Positions 37,895 through 49,099 of a DNA stretch of 64,000 nt are shown here, piece by piece (position 1 is the stretch's first letter; each line of letters begins with the position of its first letter). Below the pieces are notes generated by a model. It was not told the DNA's origin. It was given only the letters and a program-made list of their open reading frames with translations, and ran no database searches. Both the position numbers and the translations under genes were made by a program. Source of the stretch: a virus; IMG/VR virus record IMGVR_UViG_3300022723_000207, positions 32,001 through 96,000 of that record; one strand, given 5' to 3'.

Positions 37895-39317
37895 ATTTAT
37901 AGAAAAAGCTGTCGGAGTGCATGGTCATAATTGTGATTATTCTGAAGTCGATTATGTAAATTCATACACTCCAGTTAAGATAATATGCAAGAAACATGGT
38001 TATTTTTTCCAGAAACCATCTGAACATTTAAGGAGTAAGTATTCGTGTCCAGAATGCAGAAAGTATTCGGTTCGTAATCTACTAAAAAGAAGTTATAATG
38101 AATTTTTAGAGAAATCGATAAAATTGTATGGAAGCGATTATGAATATAAAGAAGAATGGTATGGTGATAAGAGGTCTAAAGTATACTGTAAAGTGCATGG
38201 TGTAGTTAGTATTAATAATAGGACGTTTTTAGAGGGAATGGGATGCCCTAAGTGTGGATATGACAGGTCACATAGTAGTAGAGTGCTATCCACGTCTGAA
38301 TTTGTTGATAGGGCCGTTAAGGTTCACGGCCATAAGTACGACTACACCAATGTCGATTACAGTCATAATAAGATAAATGTTGGGATAAGATGTCAAAAAC
38401 ATGGGGTGTTTTACCAAGAGCCGAATAATCATTTAGAGGGCAAAGGGTGCCCCAAGTGTTCTTTCATTGTTACTAAATTTCACGATGATGTGCAGAAGTT
38501 TATTAAGAGTATTGGGATTGGTTTTAAATCAAATGATAGGAAATCAATTGACCCATATGAAATAGATATATTGTGTGATGGCAATATTGGCATTGAGTGT
38601 CATGGATTATTTTGGCATTCGTATGATAAACCAGAGACGAAAGAGGAAAGATTTCGCCATTATGATAAATATGATTTGGCCACCAAAAACGGTGTTAGTC
38701 TTATTCAGATATACGAAAATGAATGGAAGTACAAGAATGAAATAATTAAGTCTGTTTTATCTTGCAAATTTGGCAAAAATGGTACTATTGGTGCTAGAAA
38801 GTGCACAGTTGTTGAGTTGTCATTTAATGACTATCATAAATTTATGGATGCTAATCATATACAGGGTTCCACTAATAATTGTAGCGTTAGATATGGATTA
38901 ATTTATGGTGGTAAAATAGTATCTTGTATTGGTTTTAACAGGCATTTTAGGTATGGGTGGGAGATATCTAGGTTCGCCAGTTTGCTTTGGTTTAATGTTA
39001 TTGGTGGTTTTAGTAAATTATTCAGAAGATTTATAACTGATTATAACCCAAATACTGTATTGACATATTCTGATCGACGTTACTTTAGTGGTGATATATA
39101 TCGTAGTAATGGTTTTATTTACGATGGCGTTACAGCTCCTGGTTTTTGTTATACTGATAAATTTACAGTTTACCCTAGGCAGAAATTTCAGAAACACAAA
39201 TTGCCTGGTATATTAATAAATTTTAATAAATCATTGACTGGCCCTGAGAATATGTTTGTTAATGGGTATAGAAGAATATGGGATGCTGGTAATCATAGGC
39301 TATTATGGCGGGCTTAA
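37887..39317 (+). mobile_element. Hef-like homing endonuclease gene
   Basis: Repeated Y.Y....Y...C..HG.F...P..HL...CP.C modules; EIDI...GIECHGLFWHS...IYENEW; then GARKC, NHIQG, WEISRFA, GGFSKL, TYSDRRY, RIWDAG. Confidence 0.75.
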
Positions 39318-41224
39318 CTAAAAATCAGAAAATAATGGTGTTAAGAAGATGCAAGAAGTCTTTTCAGTACTTCTGTGAGAATTTTTGCAAAATTAAACAT
39401 CCTAATGCTGGAATTATTCCATTTAAACTGTTTAAGTATCAGAAGAAGTCTATTAAGGCATTTAAGAAGTATGATAGAGTAATTTATCGTAAATGCCGCC
39501 AGTCTGGAATATCAACACTCACTGGTGCCTATGCACTTTGGTTGGCGATGTTTCATCCGAACCGCAAAGTATTGATAGTATCCAAAAGAGATGAGGATGC
39601 CATTGGATATCTTAATAGAAATGTAAAATTTGTTTTTGAATATCTTCCTGAGTGGATGCATGCTATTTTTGGTGATCCACGATCAGGCAAGTCTAGAAAA
39701 TACGCTCCTCCTAAGACCTATAACGAGCACACCATTGAATTCTTTCATGGTTCGGATATCAAATCATTAACTAGCTCTAAAGATACTTTGCGGTCCAACA
39801 CTGCTTCTCTTGTTATTATCGATGAAGCTGCATTTATTGATTATATGGAAGAGATGTGGACTGCTGGTCAGCCTACCCTGATGCATGGTGGTCGTGTTAT
39901 TGTGATTTCTACTACTAATGGTAAAGGCAATTGGTATCACAATACATGGGAAGATGCGGTTGCTAATACTAACGGGTTTTATCCAATCCAGATTCCGTGG
40001 TGGAATATGGATTGGGTTATTGAATGGTATGATGAATTAGCTGGAAAACGTATTCGTTTAGCACCTTGCGATGGGATCGAAAAGTGCATTTCTAGAGAAG
40101 ATAAGCTGAGATTTGGCAAGTTCAAGAGCCCCTGGCTTGAGCAGCAATATCGTGAGCTACAAGAAAATGGTGAAGCTTGGAAGTTCCGTCAAGAAATTCT
40201 GATGGAATTTATTGGCGCAGGCAATACAGTATTGAGTCAAGAAGCTTTGCTTACTCTAGAGAATCAGATTAATAATGATTATAAAGTGATGAAAAAATCA
40301 ATAGCTTATAACAATGATAATGCTAACATTAATGGTTATATTTTAGATTTTAATGATGGATTACATATTTGGGAAAGACCAGTTAGAAAGACTCAAGATA
40401 TAATTAATGCTATTGGTAGAGTTGTAACACCAGGAAATCCAGGTAATAAATATAGTTTAGGGGCTGACATATCTTCTGGTGAGGCTACTGACTATTCATC
40501 TATTGTCATTATTGATGCTACTGTTAGAAGACAGGTAGCAGAATTGAAAATTAAATGTGATACCTCAGATTTTGCCAAAATGATCGACTTTTTAGGTAGG
40601 TATTATAACAATGCTTTGGTAGTCGTTGAAAATACTGGAATCGGTAAGCCAGTGGCACAGGATCTGAAGAGGATGTATTATTATCCTAATCTGTACTATC
40701 GCAGATTGCCATCTGGCAAGAAAGATAAGAAACCAGGTTTTCCAACTACAAATGCCAGTAAGCCAGATATTGTTAAGGCTTTAACAGATAATATGGGTAT
40801 TGAAGATGATGGTGTTCTATTTAAATCCGCTAGATTGGCTAAAGAAGCTAATTCATTTATTCATCTTGGTGGCGGCAGAGTTGGCAATGAGCCTGGGACC
40901 AATAATAATGATGACTTAATGATCGCTGCTGGCTTGGCATGCATAGGCATCATGGATGCATTAGAGACACCAGACGGTTTGATACCTACTACATCAAGGC
41001 ATGTTGAAGCTCATATGGAAGAGCGAATCGAAATGACTCTTGATGATGCGCTGACTAAGGGTGGTCGAGAGTTGATGTTTCCGATTGCTGTAGGATCTGA
41101 TCCATCTACCATTATGAATGTGGAAGATGAGGTCAACAATTTTATTAATCAGATGGGTGGAGGTAGGACACCAGACCAGAAAGCGGTAATGCCCGCTACC
41201 AGTAGTAAGAAATATTTCCAATGA
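39305..41224 (+). CDS. terL: terminase large subunit
   Basis: KCRQSGIST (Walker A), IIDEAAFI (Walker B), ISTTNG, FRQE, GADISSG, VENTGIG, NDDLMIA. Confidence 0.95.
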   Translation: MAGLTKNQKIMVLRRCKKSFQYFCENFCKIKHPNAGIIPFKLFKYQKKSIKAFKKYDRVIYRKCRQSGISTLTGAYALWLAMFHPNRKVLIVSKRDEDAIGYLNRNVKFVFEYLPEWMHAIFGDPRSGKSRKYAPPKTYNEHTIEFFHGSDIKSLTSSKDTLRSNTASLVIIDEAAFIDYMEEMWTAGQPTLMHGGRVIVISTTNGKGNWYHNTWEDAVANTNGFYPIQIPWWNMDWVIEWYDELAGKRIRLAPCDGIEKCISREDKLRFGKFKSPWLEQQYRELQENGEAWKFRQEILMEFIGAGNTVLSQEALLTLENQINNDYKVMKKSIAYNNDNANINGYILDFNDGLHIWERPVRKTQDIINAIGRVVTPGNPGNKYSLGADISSGEATDYSSIVIIDATVRRQVAELKIKCDTSDFAKMIDFLGRYYNNALVVVENTGIGKPVAQDLKRMYYYPNLYYRRLPSGKKDKKPGFPTTNASKPDIVKALTDNMGIEDDGVLFKSARLAKEANSFIHLGGGRVGNEPGTNNNDDLMIAAGLACIGIMDALETPDGLIPTTSRHVEAHMEERIEMTLDDALTKGGRELMFPIAVGSDPSTIMNVEDEVNNFINQMGGGRTPDQKAVMPATSSKKYFQ

Positions 41225-42534
41225 TAGACTGGGAAATCACAAGAAGAAAGTTTAATATTAGCACTGTGGATGGCTATAGACCTAAGGTAGTAGTAAGATG
41301 CGATAAGTGTGGCAAAATAAATGATTTAACAATAAGAGTAAAGTCTAAAGTAATAGACAATAATATTAATTGGATTTGCCATAAGTGTGTTGGTAGTCGC
41401 TCAGAAGTTAGATCTAAACTTAGTAAGTCTACGTCTAAAAAATGGGAAAGTCAAGAGTACAAAAATGAAAGAATACTAAATAGTAAACAACTATGGTCTA
41501 GTCCTGAATTTATCCGCAAGCATCAAGAGTCAGTCAATTCACTTGCTAGTAGAAAGAAATGCTCAGAAGCTGCGGTTAATGCTTGGAAGAATGAGCAATA
41601 CAGAGAACGTCATGCAGTTGCTCTAACTGAGCAGTTTAACAAAATACCATCAACAGAAGTGAATGTCATAGCCATATTAGATGGGTTAGGTGTTGACTAT
41701 GTTCACCAATACGCGGTTGGCCCTTACACTTTTGACTTTTTGATTGAAGATTATTTGTTAATTGAAATTAATGGAAATTATTGGCATACTAGGCCAAATG
41801 TCATTAGGAAAGATAGAGCCAAAGAGTCGTATATTTCTCAAATAAACAAGTACAAGTATAAGGTATTGTGGGAATCACAACTATCTGATGTTGATAAAGT
41901 TATATCATTATTTAAACATTGGATCGGTATTGAGGATGTTAAAGCTAAATCTATTATTCTTAAAGATTTAGAATTTAAATTAGTTTTAGAACCAGAATAT
42001 AAGAAGTTTTTTGGGTGTTATCATTATTTGGGAGGGGCTGGAAGGGCTGGTACAGCAGTCGGCGCATATTTGCGAGATGAGCTGGTGTGTTGCGCTTTAT
42101 TTGCTCATCCAACGAGGCGTGAGACTTACCATAGGTTAAAGTTATCCAAAAATCAATGTTTGGAGCTGACAAGACTTGCTACATCGCCCTTTTATACAAA
42201 CAGTAATTTATGTTCATATTCTATGAAGATGTTTATCAAACTAATATATGGAGAATATAGTGATTTAGCCTGCCTGATTGCTTTTTCAGATCCAATTGAG
42301 GGTCATAATGGAACTGTTTATAAGGCTAGCAATTGGCAATTTGATGGATTTACTGCTAGTTCTTATTATTATGTCAATGGCGATGGTTGGAAGATGCATA
42401 AGAAAACTTTATGGAATAAAGCTAAAGGGATGCATTTGAAAGAAAAAGAATTTGCTGATAAGTTTGGCTACAAGATGGTTAGAACACCACCATTACGTAG
42501 GTTTTTGTATTATTTAGGTAAATATAGAGCATGA
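41221..42534 (+). mobile_element. Zn ribbon/NUMOD3-like + Vsr/DUF559-like endonuclease + Mom-like GNAT fusion (copy 2)
   Basis: PSTE...GPYTFDF...IEINGNYWH...LWE; YHYLG...GAY...ELTRL...NL.S...AFSD..GHNGTVYKASNW...GWKMHKKTLW. Confidence 0.75.
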
Positions 42535-44213
42535 GTTTTGTATTGTGGGATAAACTGCGTTTGTTTTTCAAGCGTGGCAATGTATATGGGCATGAGAACC
42601 TACTGCAAAACCAGCCTGATTTTGATCGTGTCTTACGTGATAATGGTGAAGTTGATTTCTCCGATCCGAATTTTTTGTTAGAGCAGACAAACGTACAGAT
42701 TAATAGGCTTGAGCGCTATAAAGATTATGATCAGATGGATGAGGTTGGGGAAATTTCCCTGGCTTTAGATATGTACGCTGATGAAGCGTCTTTAAAAGAC
42801 CCAGAGCGTAATCACTCAGTATTTGTGAAGACGGGTAATGCCCGTCTTAAAATGGAAGTTGAAGACTTTTTATATGAGACCTGGAATGTTGATGCGCATA
42901 TCAGGCCGATGACTCGTTACTTGACAAAATATGGTGACTTACCACTTGAGGTTGTTCCAACAGTTGATAGAGATGGTGTTGCTCAGATTAGGCCAATGCA
43001 AGTCTACAATTTTACTAGAGTTGAGACCAAGTATGGTGATTTAGTAGGGTTCTTTTTCCAGGAAGAGGGTGGTGAGCCGACTTATTTGCATCCATGGCAA
43101 GTAGCTCATATGCGCTTGACTTCTTTTGAGCAGATATTTCACCCTTATGGAAGAAGTTTATTGGATGGCGCTAGGCGAGACTTTAGACGCCTGCGGTTAA
43201 TGGAAGATGCTGCTCTTGTTTATCGTTTGGTTAGAGCACCAGAGAAGCGCTTGTTTAGGGTGCCGGTCGGTAATTTAGCCCCTAAGGAGCGTGAGCAATA
43301 TATTCAGATTATTGCTAGACGGTTTAAAAAGCACAAGTTTATTGACCCAACTACTGGGTCTTTAAATGAGAGATATGCTCCGCACATTCAGGATGATGAT
43401 TATTGGGTGCCAGTTACTGGTGACGGTAGTGGTGTTGAGGTAGAAACTTTATCTGGCGCTGAAAACCTTGATGCTATCGCTGATATTGAATATTTCAAAA
43501 AGAAGATGGTCTCTGCGCTCAAGATACCATTCCATAGAGTTGGTTTAGGGGAAGCTTCTGGCGATCCTGGTAAATCTATTGCTTCTCAATCGCCAGAATT
43601 TGCTAAGGCAGTGCAATGGATCCAAGATCAGCTTATAGTTGGTATTAAGAAGATTATTTTGGTTCATCTGGCTTTGAAGAACTACTCTATTGATCAGATG
43701 AAAGATTTCGAAATATCGATGACATCAGCCAGTGCAATTGATGAACTCTATCGTATTGAAACGTGGGCTAGTCGGGTGGATATCATGGGTGGTTTGAAAG
43801 ACACAGGTATGTTCCCTGATGAATGGATTGTTGATCGGTTTACAGATATGACAGATGATGAGCTTGAATTAATGAATATTACCAAGAAGTTGCAGCAGAC
43901 AGAAGAGACAGAGGATACTGGAGAGAAAGATTTCTTTGAATATAATGATGAAGATAAGTATAATAAGTTATTACTAGAACAACGTTTAAATGACGCCAAG
44001 GATCTGAGACAGAGAATTAAGGAAGATCGTAATAAGTATGGATTCCACACGAGCTTTAAGAAGATGATTAATGATAATGAATTTGATGGCTTTGAAGACG
44101 AATCTTATTTGGAAAATGCTGATGCTAAAGAAGCAAAAATTATGGTAGAACAGATCTTAAGAGACGACATCCCGTTCGATACGTCATTAGAGTATGGCGA
44201 TGATCAGGGTTAA
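42531..44213 (+). CDS. gp20: portal protein
   Basis: YKDYDQM...EISLALDMYADE, LMEDAALVYRLVRAPEKRLF.VPVGNL, DDYWVP, VETLSGAENL..IADIEYF.KK...ALKIP. Confidence 0.95.
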   Translation: MSFVLWDKLRLFFKRGNVYGHENLLQNQPDFDRVLRDNGEVDFSDPNFLLEQTNVQINRLERYKDYDQMDEVGEISLALDMYADEASLKDPERNHSVFVKTGNARLKMEVEDFLYETWNVDAHIRPMTRYLTKYGDLPLEVVPTVDRDGVAQIRPMQVYNFTRVETKYGDLVGFFFQEEGGEPTYLHPWQVAHMRLTSFEQIFHPYGRSLLDGARRDFRRLRLMEDAALVYRLVRAPEKRLFRVPVGNLAPKEREQYIQIIARRFKKHKFIDPTTGSLNERYAPHIQDDDYWVPVTGDGSGVEVETLSGAENLDAIADIEYFKKKMVSALKIPFHRVGLGEASGDPGKSIASQSPEFAKAVQWIQDQLIVGIKKIILVHLALKNYSIDQMKDFEISMTSASAIDELYRIETWASRVDIMGGLKDTGMFPDEWIVDRFTDMTDDELELMNITKKLQQTEETEDTGEKDFFEYNDEDKYNKLLLEQRLNDAKDLRQRIKEDRNKYGFHTSFKKMINDNEFDGFEDESYLENADAKEAKIMVEQILRDDIPFDTSLEYGDDQG

Positions 44214-44265
44214 ACTTTGGTAGCATCAAACGCAAAAATACTCTAAGAATGCAGGGGAATACCTA

Positions 44266-46884
44266 ATGTCCAACTCGCAATTGACTTCTGCGCCCAAAAC
44301 GCATGTTGATGCCAGAAAATTCTTGGGTAACATCAACAAGAGGGGCTTCGCCGGGCAGATCCGTCTGGTCGAAGGTAAGCTTCAAAAGCTTGCTGAAGAA
44401 ACCGACTCTAAGCTTCGTTTAGTAGCGCACTTTGGTGACAGCATCTATTTTGAAGATGTCGCTAGTAATGAATACTATCAAGCTGATATCAATAGCAAGA
44501 ATCGTGCTTTAAGTTTAGACAACATACAATCAGTTGTCATTGAAGACAAAGAGAAGGCTAAGGTATTCGACGAAGCTTGTGATAATTTAATTGATTCTAT
44601 TGAAGAGTCCCTGCAGAGTGGTGACTCATCAAAGGCTGAACAAGTATTTGGGCGTATTGCAACTGGTTACTGTACTCCTCGCGTTATCCCTGAGTGTGGC
44701 CGAGTGCGCACTCGTGATGGTAGTATTCATAGTATTAAAGTAAGTGATGCTCTGATCCCTGAGGAGTCACGTCCAGCAGTAGCAGAAGCACTAAAGGAAG
44801 CAATTAAGAGTTCACAAGTTGTGATAAAAGAAGGGTCGATCTCTATTGGTGAAGAGAGTATTGACCTACCAATCAATGAAACTACTAGGCGGGTATCGAT
44901 TGCCAGGAATATGCGCACAGTGGCTGAAAGCGCCTACTCTAGCGATAACTTCAACAGACTAGCCAAGACAGTTGCTGGGCATGTGTCCAATGACAATATG
45001 AAGGATGCCGTTGGCATCCTTAAGTCTTTCTTATCGGAAGAGCAAGAGTTTACTCTTCTCGATAAGCAGGGTGTTTATACTCTCATTGAAAATACTTTGT
45101 ATCGCCAGGGTATTTTCAATTATCATGCTATTCGCAATACTGCTTTGTTATTCTGGGAAACTAATTGCCATTTGAACAAGGCTGACATCATTAAGGAATG
45201 GTCAACGGCTGCGGCCAAGTGCCGTAATAAGCAGCTATCTGAAAATGTAGAAATTCTTAAGAGTGCTGCTGGTAAGTCCCCAGTGGTCTTTTCTGATGCT
45301 ATGGACAAGTTTAATCAGAGTATCTTTAATGAGGATCATTCAACACGCACTGTTAAAGCACGTTCATATCTCAATATGTTGAAGATGCTTAATAATGTCG
45401 TTACTGGATCCGATGCTGATCAAGCCGTTAAGGGTACAGTTGATGATTTAGTTATGCGCCTTGAAAGTGATCTTAATAACGTTGATGACGCTACATTATT
45501 TGAGGTGGAAGATCTGTTGGCTACTGTTAGTGCTGATTTGATTAATGACACTTCGACTTTATCTGATTTTAATACTATTCCTGAACCGTTTAGCGCTGAT
45601 ACTTTTGGTACTGAAGAAGATCTGGGTGATTTTGAAGGTGACATGGGTGGTGGCAACGATCTGGCCGGTGGGTTTGGTGGCGATTTAGGTGGTGATGTAG
45701 GTGATGTTGATGTCGAAGCAGAAGTTGATGTGGATAATGCAGCTGCTGAAGACGAGGAAGAAGAAGAGCTTCAATTAGATGATATTATTAATAAGGCTAA
45801 GCCTGTTAGTGAAATGAAAGAAGATGACATTAAGGTCGTCTTGGAAGCTTTGAAGGGCATGAAGCCAGAGTCCGTAGAGGTTGATGGTGAATTTAAGAAA
45901 ATGCTCAAGAAGGGCCTAACAGAAAGTCAGGCCACCTTCCTTCGTAAGGTCATGGACCATTCTAAGACCGTTAATAACGAGCTTTATGAAAGTCTGACTT
46001 CATTTTATTATGATCTAGTAATTGCCGAAGACAAGGGCGAAGAAGAGCAACAGCAAGACTCTTACAATTTTGGTGGCAATGGTGATATTGACATCAATGA
46101 AGACTATGCTGGAATCGAAGAGAAGAAGGATCCTGCCCCCAACGAAGGTGGCAAGGATGAAGCTGGCAAAAAGGGCGCTGAAGAGCGCGGCGATGAAGCT
46201 GCTGGTGCAGATGATGGTGTTGAAGAAGACATTGAAAAGGGCGAAGCTGTCGAAGAAGGTCATAAGAAGAACCTTGAAGGTCATAAAGAGGGAGATCGTG
46301 ACGGTGACTATGACGACAACCTCGAAGATGATAGCGTAGACGAATCAATCGCAGTAGTGTCAGCTGATAATGACGAACAGTTACTAAGTATGATCGATAA
46401 GGTTTTAGGCAGCCAAGACGACGAAGGTGAAGAGGACGATGATGAAAACGGTGAAGTAATTGCTGATGGTGAGGACGAAGACCCTCACGCTGCTGCCTTG
46501 GGTCGTAAGGACGATGATGAGCAGGATACTGCTGGCCCAGAAGATCATGAAGATCCACACGCTGTTGCTTTAGCCAATAAGGGTGACGATAGCGAATGGA
46601 GCGATGAGGCTGATCCTGATCAAGATGGTACACCCATCTGGAAGGATGAAGACGATCAGAGGATGGAAGACAAGGATCAAGAAGGCGACGAGATCCAAGA
46701 GGATAACGACGTAACTGATCCAACCCATGCTGACTATGACAGCGACAAGGCTGCCGAAAAGCATGGTGATGGCTCCCAAATCAATTCTAAGCCTAAGTTC
46801 TCTGATAAGGATTATGACGGAACCAGTGGCGCTAATACTGGCAAGAATAAACCTGGTTCTGGGCATCCAAATACGAGCAAGTAG
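44266..46884 (+). CDS. large prohead core/internal protein with a highly acidic C-terminal third
   Basis: Between portal and protease (position of T4 gp67/gp68); many (I/L/V)xE sites. Confidence 0.55.
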   Translation: MSNSQLTSAPKTHVDARKFLGNINKRGFAGQIRLVEGKLQKLAEETDSKLRLVAHFGDSIYFEDVASNEYYQADINSKNRALSLDNIQSVVIEDKEKAKVFDEACDNLIDSIEESLQSGDSSKAEQVFGRIATGYCTPRVIPECGRVRTRDGSIHSIKVSDALIPEESRPAVAEALKEAIKSSQVVIKEGSISIGEESIDLPINETTRRVSIARNMRTVAESAYSSDNFNRLAKTVAGHVSNDNMKDAVGILKSFLSEEQEFTLLDKQGVYTLIENTLYRQGIFNYHAIRNTALLFWETNCHLNKADIIKEWSTAAAKCRNKQLSENVEILKSAAGKSPVVFSDAMDKFNQSIFNEDHSTRTVKARSYLNMLKMLNNVVTGSDADQAVKGTVDDLVMRLESDLNNVDDATLFEVEDLLATVSADLINDTSTLSDFNTIPEPFSADTFGTEEDLGDFEGDMGGGNDLAGGFGGDLGGDVGDVDVEAEVDVDNAAAEDEEEEELQLDDIINKAKPVSEMKEDDIKVVLEALKGMKPESVEVDGEFKKMLKKGLTESQATFLRKVMDHSKTVNNELYESLTSFYYDLVIAEDKGEEEQQQDSYNFGGNGDIDINEDYAGIEEKKDPAPNEGGKDEAGKKGAEERGDEAAGADDGVEEDIEKGEAVEEGHKKNLEGHKEGDRDGDYDDNLEDDSVDESIAVVSADNDEQLLSMIDKVLGSQDDEGEEDDDENGEVIADGEDEDPHAAALGRKDDDEQDTAGPEDHEDPHAVALANKGDDSEWSDEADPDQDGTPIWKDEDDQRMEDKDQEGDEIQEDNDVTDPTHADYDSDKAAEKHGDGSQINSKPKFSDKDYDGTSGANTGKNKPGSGHPNTSK
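46471..46575 (+). repeat. 35-codon module, copy A (EDEDPHAAALGRKDDDEQD...EDPHAVALA)
   Basis: First 57 nt match 48598-48654 with two synonymous differences. Confidence 0.9.
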
Positions 46885-46889
46885 GAGCA

Positions 46890-47573
46890 GTGATGGACTT
46901 GGGTACCGCTAAATTGATTCTTGAAGACACACTGTTGTCCTCTACTGCTGAGGGCAATCAAGTTATTCGTGATTACTCTGCTTTTAAGCTTACTAGATCA
47001 CCAGAAGTTGTAACTGAAAATGTTAATGGTAGGACCAAGAAATTTACGAGGTTAACTGGTTTAATCCAGAAAGCGGACACGCCTAACGAAAATGGTCGTG
47101 TTTACCCTTCTGAGGTCATGCGAGAGGCTCTTGAGGCACTAAAAGAGCCAATCGAAGCACGTATGGTTCTTGGTGAGTTAGACCATCCAGATGACGCTAA
47201 GATTCATACTGAAAATGCTTGTCTGTTGTTAACCAAGATTTGGATGGAAAATAAAGACGTTTATGGCCAGTTTGAGATTTTAGAGGGTATGCCTAAGGGC
47301 CAGATGCTCAAATCTCTAATTGATCAAGGAGTTACGATTTCTATTAGTAGTCGCGGTGTAGGCGACATGGAAATTGAACTCATGGAAGATGGGTCTGAGG
47401 TTAACAAAGTCCTCCCTGGATTCCGTTTTGTCTGTTTTGATGCTGTAAACGAGCCATCTGTTAAGGGTACCAAGCTTAATGTGATGGAGAGCAAGCAGCG
47501 TCAGGCCCGTGTGGAGCGTCGCCGTAGTGGCGAGAAGCAGTTAGTATCTGCTATAAAAGAATTCCTTAAGTAA
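46890..47573 (+). CDS. gp21: prohead protease
   Basis: QKADTPNENGRVYP, LGELDHP, ISSRGVG, FDAVNEPS. Confidence 0.95.
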   Translation: MMDLGTAKLILEDTLLSSTAEGNQVIRDYSAFKLTRSPEVVTENVNGRTKKFTRLTGLIQKADTPNENGRVYPSEVMREALEALKEPIEARMVLGELDHPDDAKIHTENACLLLTKIWMENKDVYGQFEILEGMPKGQMLKSLIDQGVTISISSRGVGDMEIELMEDGSEVNKVLPGFRFVCFDAVNEPSVKGTKLNVMESKQRQARVERRRSGEKQLVSAIKEFLK

Positions 47574-47598
47574 GCAAAAATCAGTCGGAGATACAATA

Positions 47599-49011
47599 AT
47601 GTCACAACGCCTTGCCGTACTTAAAGCCCTCGATGAAGAACTTGCTTCCATTAGGGAAGATAATTCTGGCATGGAGAAGGCCCCTGGTAGCGGGGTCCAA
47701 GGCCGTGAAGTACAGAAGCAGCCTGAATTCTCTAATACTGAGAAAAAGAAGGGCTTCAAGCTTACTGGCGGCGGTCAGTCTGTTGGTGGCGATGCTGGTG
47801 GTGTCACTGAGGGCGTGGTCTCAGAAGATGATGCCATTGAGAAAGCGCCCGGCAACGGCGTTGCTAGTCGCGATCCGCAAGATATTAGTGGCACCGATTC
47901 TTCTGGTGCTCCTAGTAACAGTGGTGCTGAAGATGGCGGCGGTCAGCCTGCGATTGATCGCGCTAGAGGCTCCTCTGTTGCTAGTTCCAAGCCCAAGTCT
48001 TCGGACGGCAGGTCCGCTGGGGGCGGTACTAATGCTAAGGCCGTGAGTAAAGCTAGAGGCAGTGGTGTTGCTTCTCCTAGTGATAAAGCTGATGGCATGG
48101 AGAAGCATAACGACGGTGTTAAGGAGAGTCGTAAGGTCATCGAGTTACCTCACGATGTCATGGTGGAAGCTGAAGATGGCACACTGAAGACCCTATCCAA
48201 AGGCACTAAGGTGGTCATTGGTGAGGGCGGCATGGGCATGGAATATAGTGATCAGGATGCTGGCCCTGGTTACGAAGCTGGCATGGATTATGATGATGGC
48301 ATGGATTATGATGATGGCATGGAGATGGTTGGCCCAGAAGAATGCCCTGTAGCTGATGCGGCTGTCGATGCTGGTGCCAATGCCGATTTAGTAACAAAGA
48401 TCGTTACGGCGGTAGTTCAAGCTCTTAATGGCGCTGGTGATTATGACTATGCTATGGAGGGCAAGGAAATTCTGCCAGAAGCTCTATTAGAGGACGTTAA
48501 AAAGCTCTTAGAGGGTGATAAGAAGAGGCAGGGTCACGCTGGTAAGCGTAAGAGTTATGGCAAGAAGGGCAAGAGCACGCAGTATGGCAAGATGGATGAG
48601 GACGAGGATCCTCACGCTGCTGCCTTGGGTCGTAAGGACGATGATGAGCAGGATGATGCAGACAAAGAGGATGATGAAGATCCTCATGCTGCCGCTTTAG
48701 CCCGTAAAGAGAGCAAGCAGAGACGATTTGGTGGTGTACTGAAAGAGCGTGGCGCTTACTGTGAGGAAGAAGACGAAGAAGACGGCTTAGATGCTACTGG
48801 TAGCGAGCTGGATATTGATGTTGATGTTGAAGATGAGTCTAGCCCTGATTATATCGCTGGCTTGATCGACGATGTTCAAGACGATCTTGATAACATCAAG
48901 GGCGCTCTTGGTGTTGGTGATGAGATGGACTACGAAGATGACGAGGGCGTTGATCTGGAAGGCGATGGCGAAGAGGACGAAGAAGAGGCCGATATCGACA
49001 ATCTGTTCTGA
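47599..49011 (+). CDS. acidic, low-complexity prohead core/internal protein with repeats
   Basis: Four (K/R)A(P/R)G(S/N)(G/S)V repeats, GMDYDD x2, shared DPHAAAL module. Confidence 0.6.
   Translation: MSQRLAVLKALDEELASIREDNSGMEKAPGSGVQGREVQKQPEFSNTEKKKGFKLTGGGQSVGGDAGGVTEGVVSEDDAIEKAPGNGVASRDPQDISGTDSSGAPSNSGAEDGGGQPAIDRARGSSVASSKPKSSDGRSAGGGTNAKAVSKARGSGVASPSDKADGMEKHNDGVKESRKVIELPHDVMVEAEDGTLKTLSKGTKVVIGEGGMGMEYSDQDAGPGYEAGMDYDDGMDYDDGMEMVGPEECPVADAAVDAGANADLVTKIVTAVVQALNGAGDYDYAMEGKEILPEALLEDVKKLLEGDKKRQGHAGKRKSYGKKGKSTQYGKMDEDEDPHAAALGRKDDDEQDDADKEDDEDPHAAALARKESKQRRFGGVLKERGAYCEEEDEEDGLDATGSELDIDVDVEDESSPDYIAGLIDDVQDDLDNIKGALGVGDEMDYEDDEGVDLEGDGEEDEEEADIDNLF
48598..48702 (+). repeat. 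35-codon module, copy B
   Basis: Direct repeat of 46471-46575. Confidence 0.9.
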
Positions 49012-49036
49012 TAACTAAGTCAAAGTAGATCTATTT

Positions 49037-49065
49037 GAGCCCCACTATATGTGGGGCTTTATTTT
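49037..49065 (+). terminator. intrinsic terminator
   Basis: GAGCCCCAC-tatat-GTGGGGCTT followed by TATTTT. Confidence 0.7.
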
Positions 49066-49099
49066 GGGAAAATTTCTATTAAAAGAGGTGGAGAATTAA

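Noticed and set aside
37887-42534. Group I introns housing the nuclease genes
   Set aside because: Flanking TerL and portal ORFs are uninterrupted and overlap the nuclease ORFs, leaving no room for intron RNA
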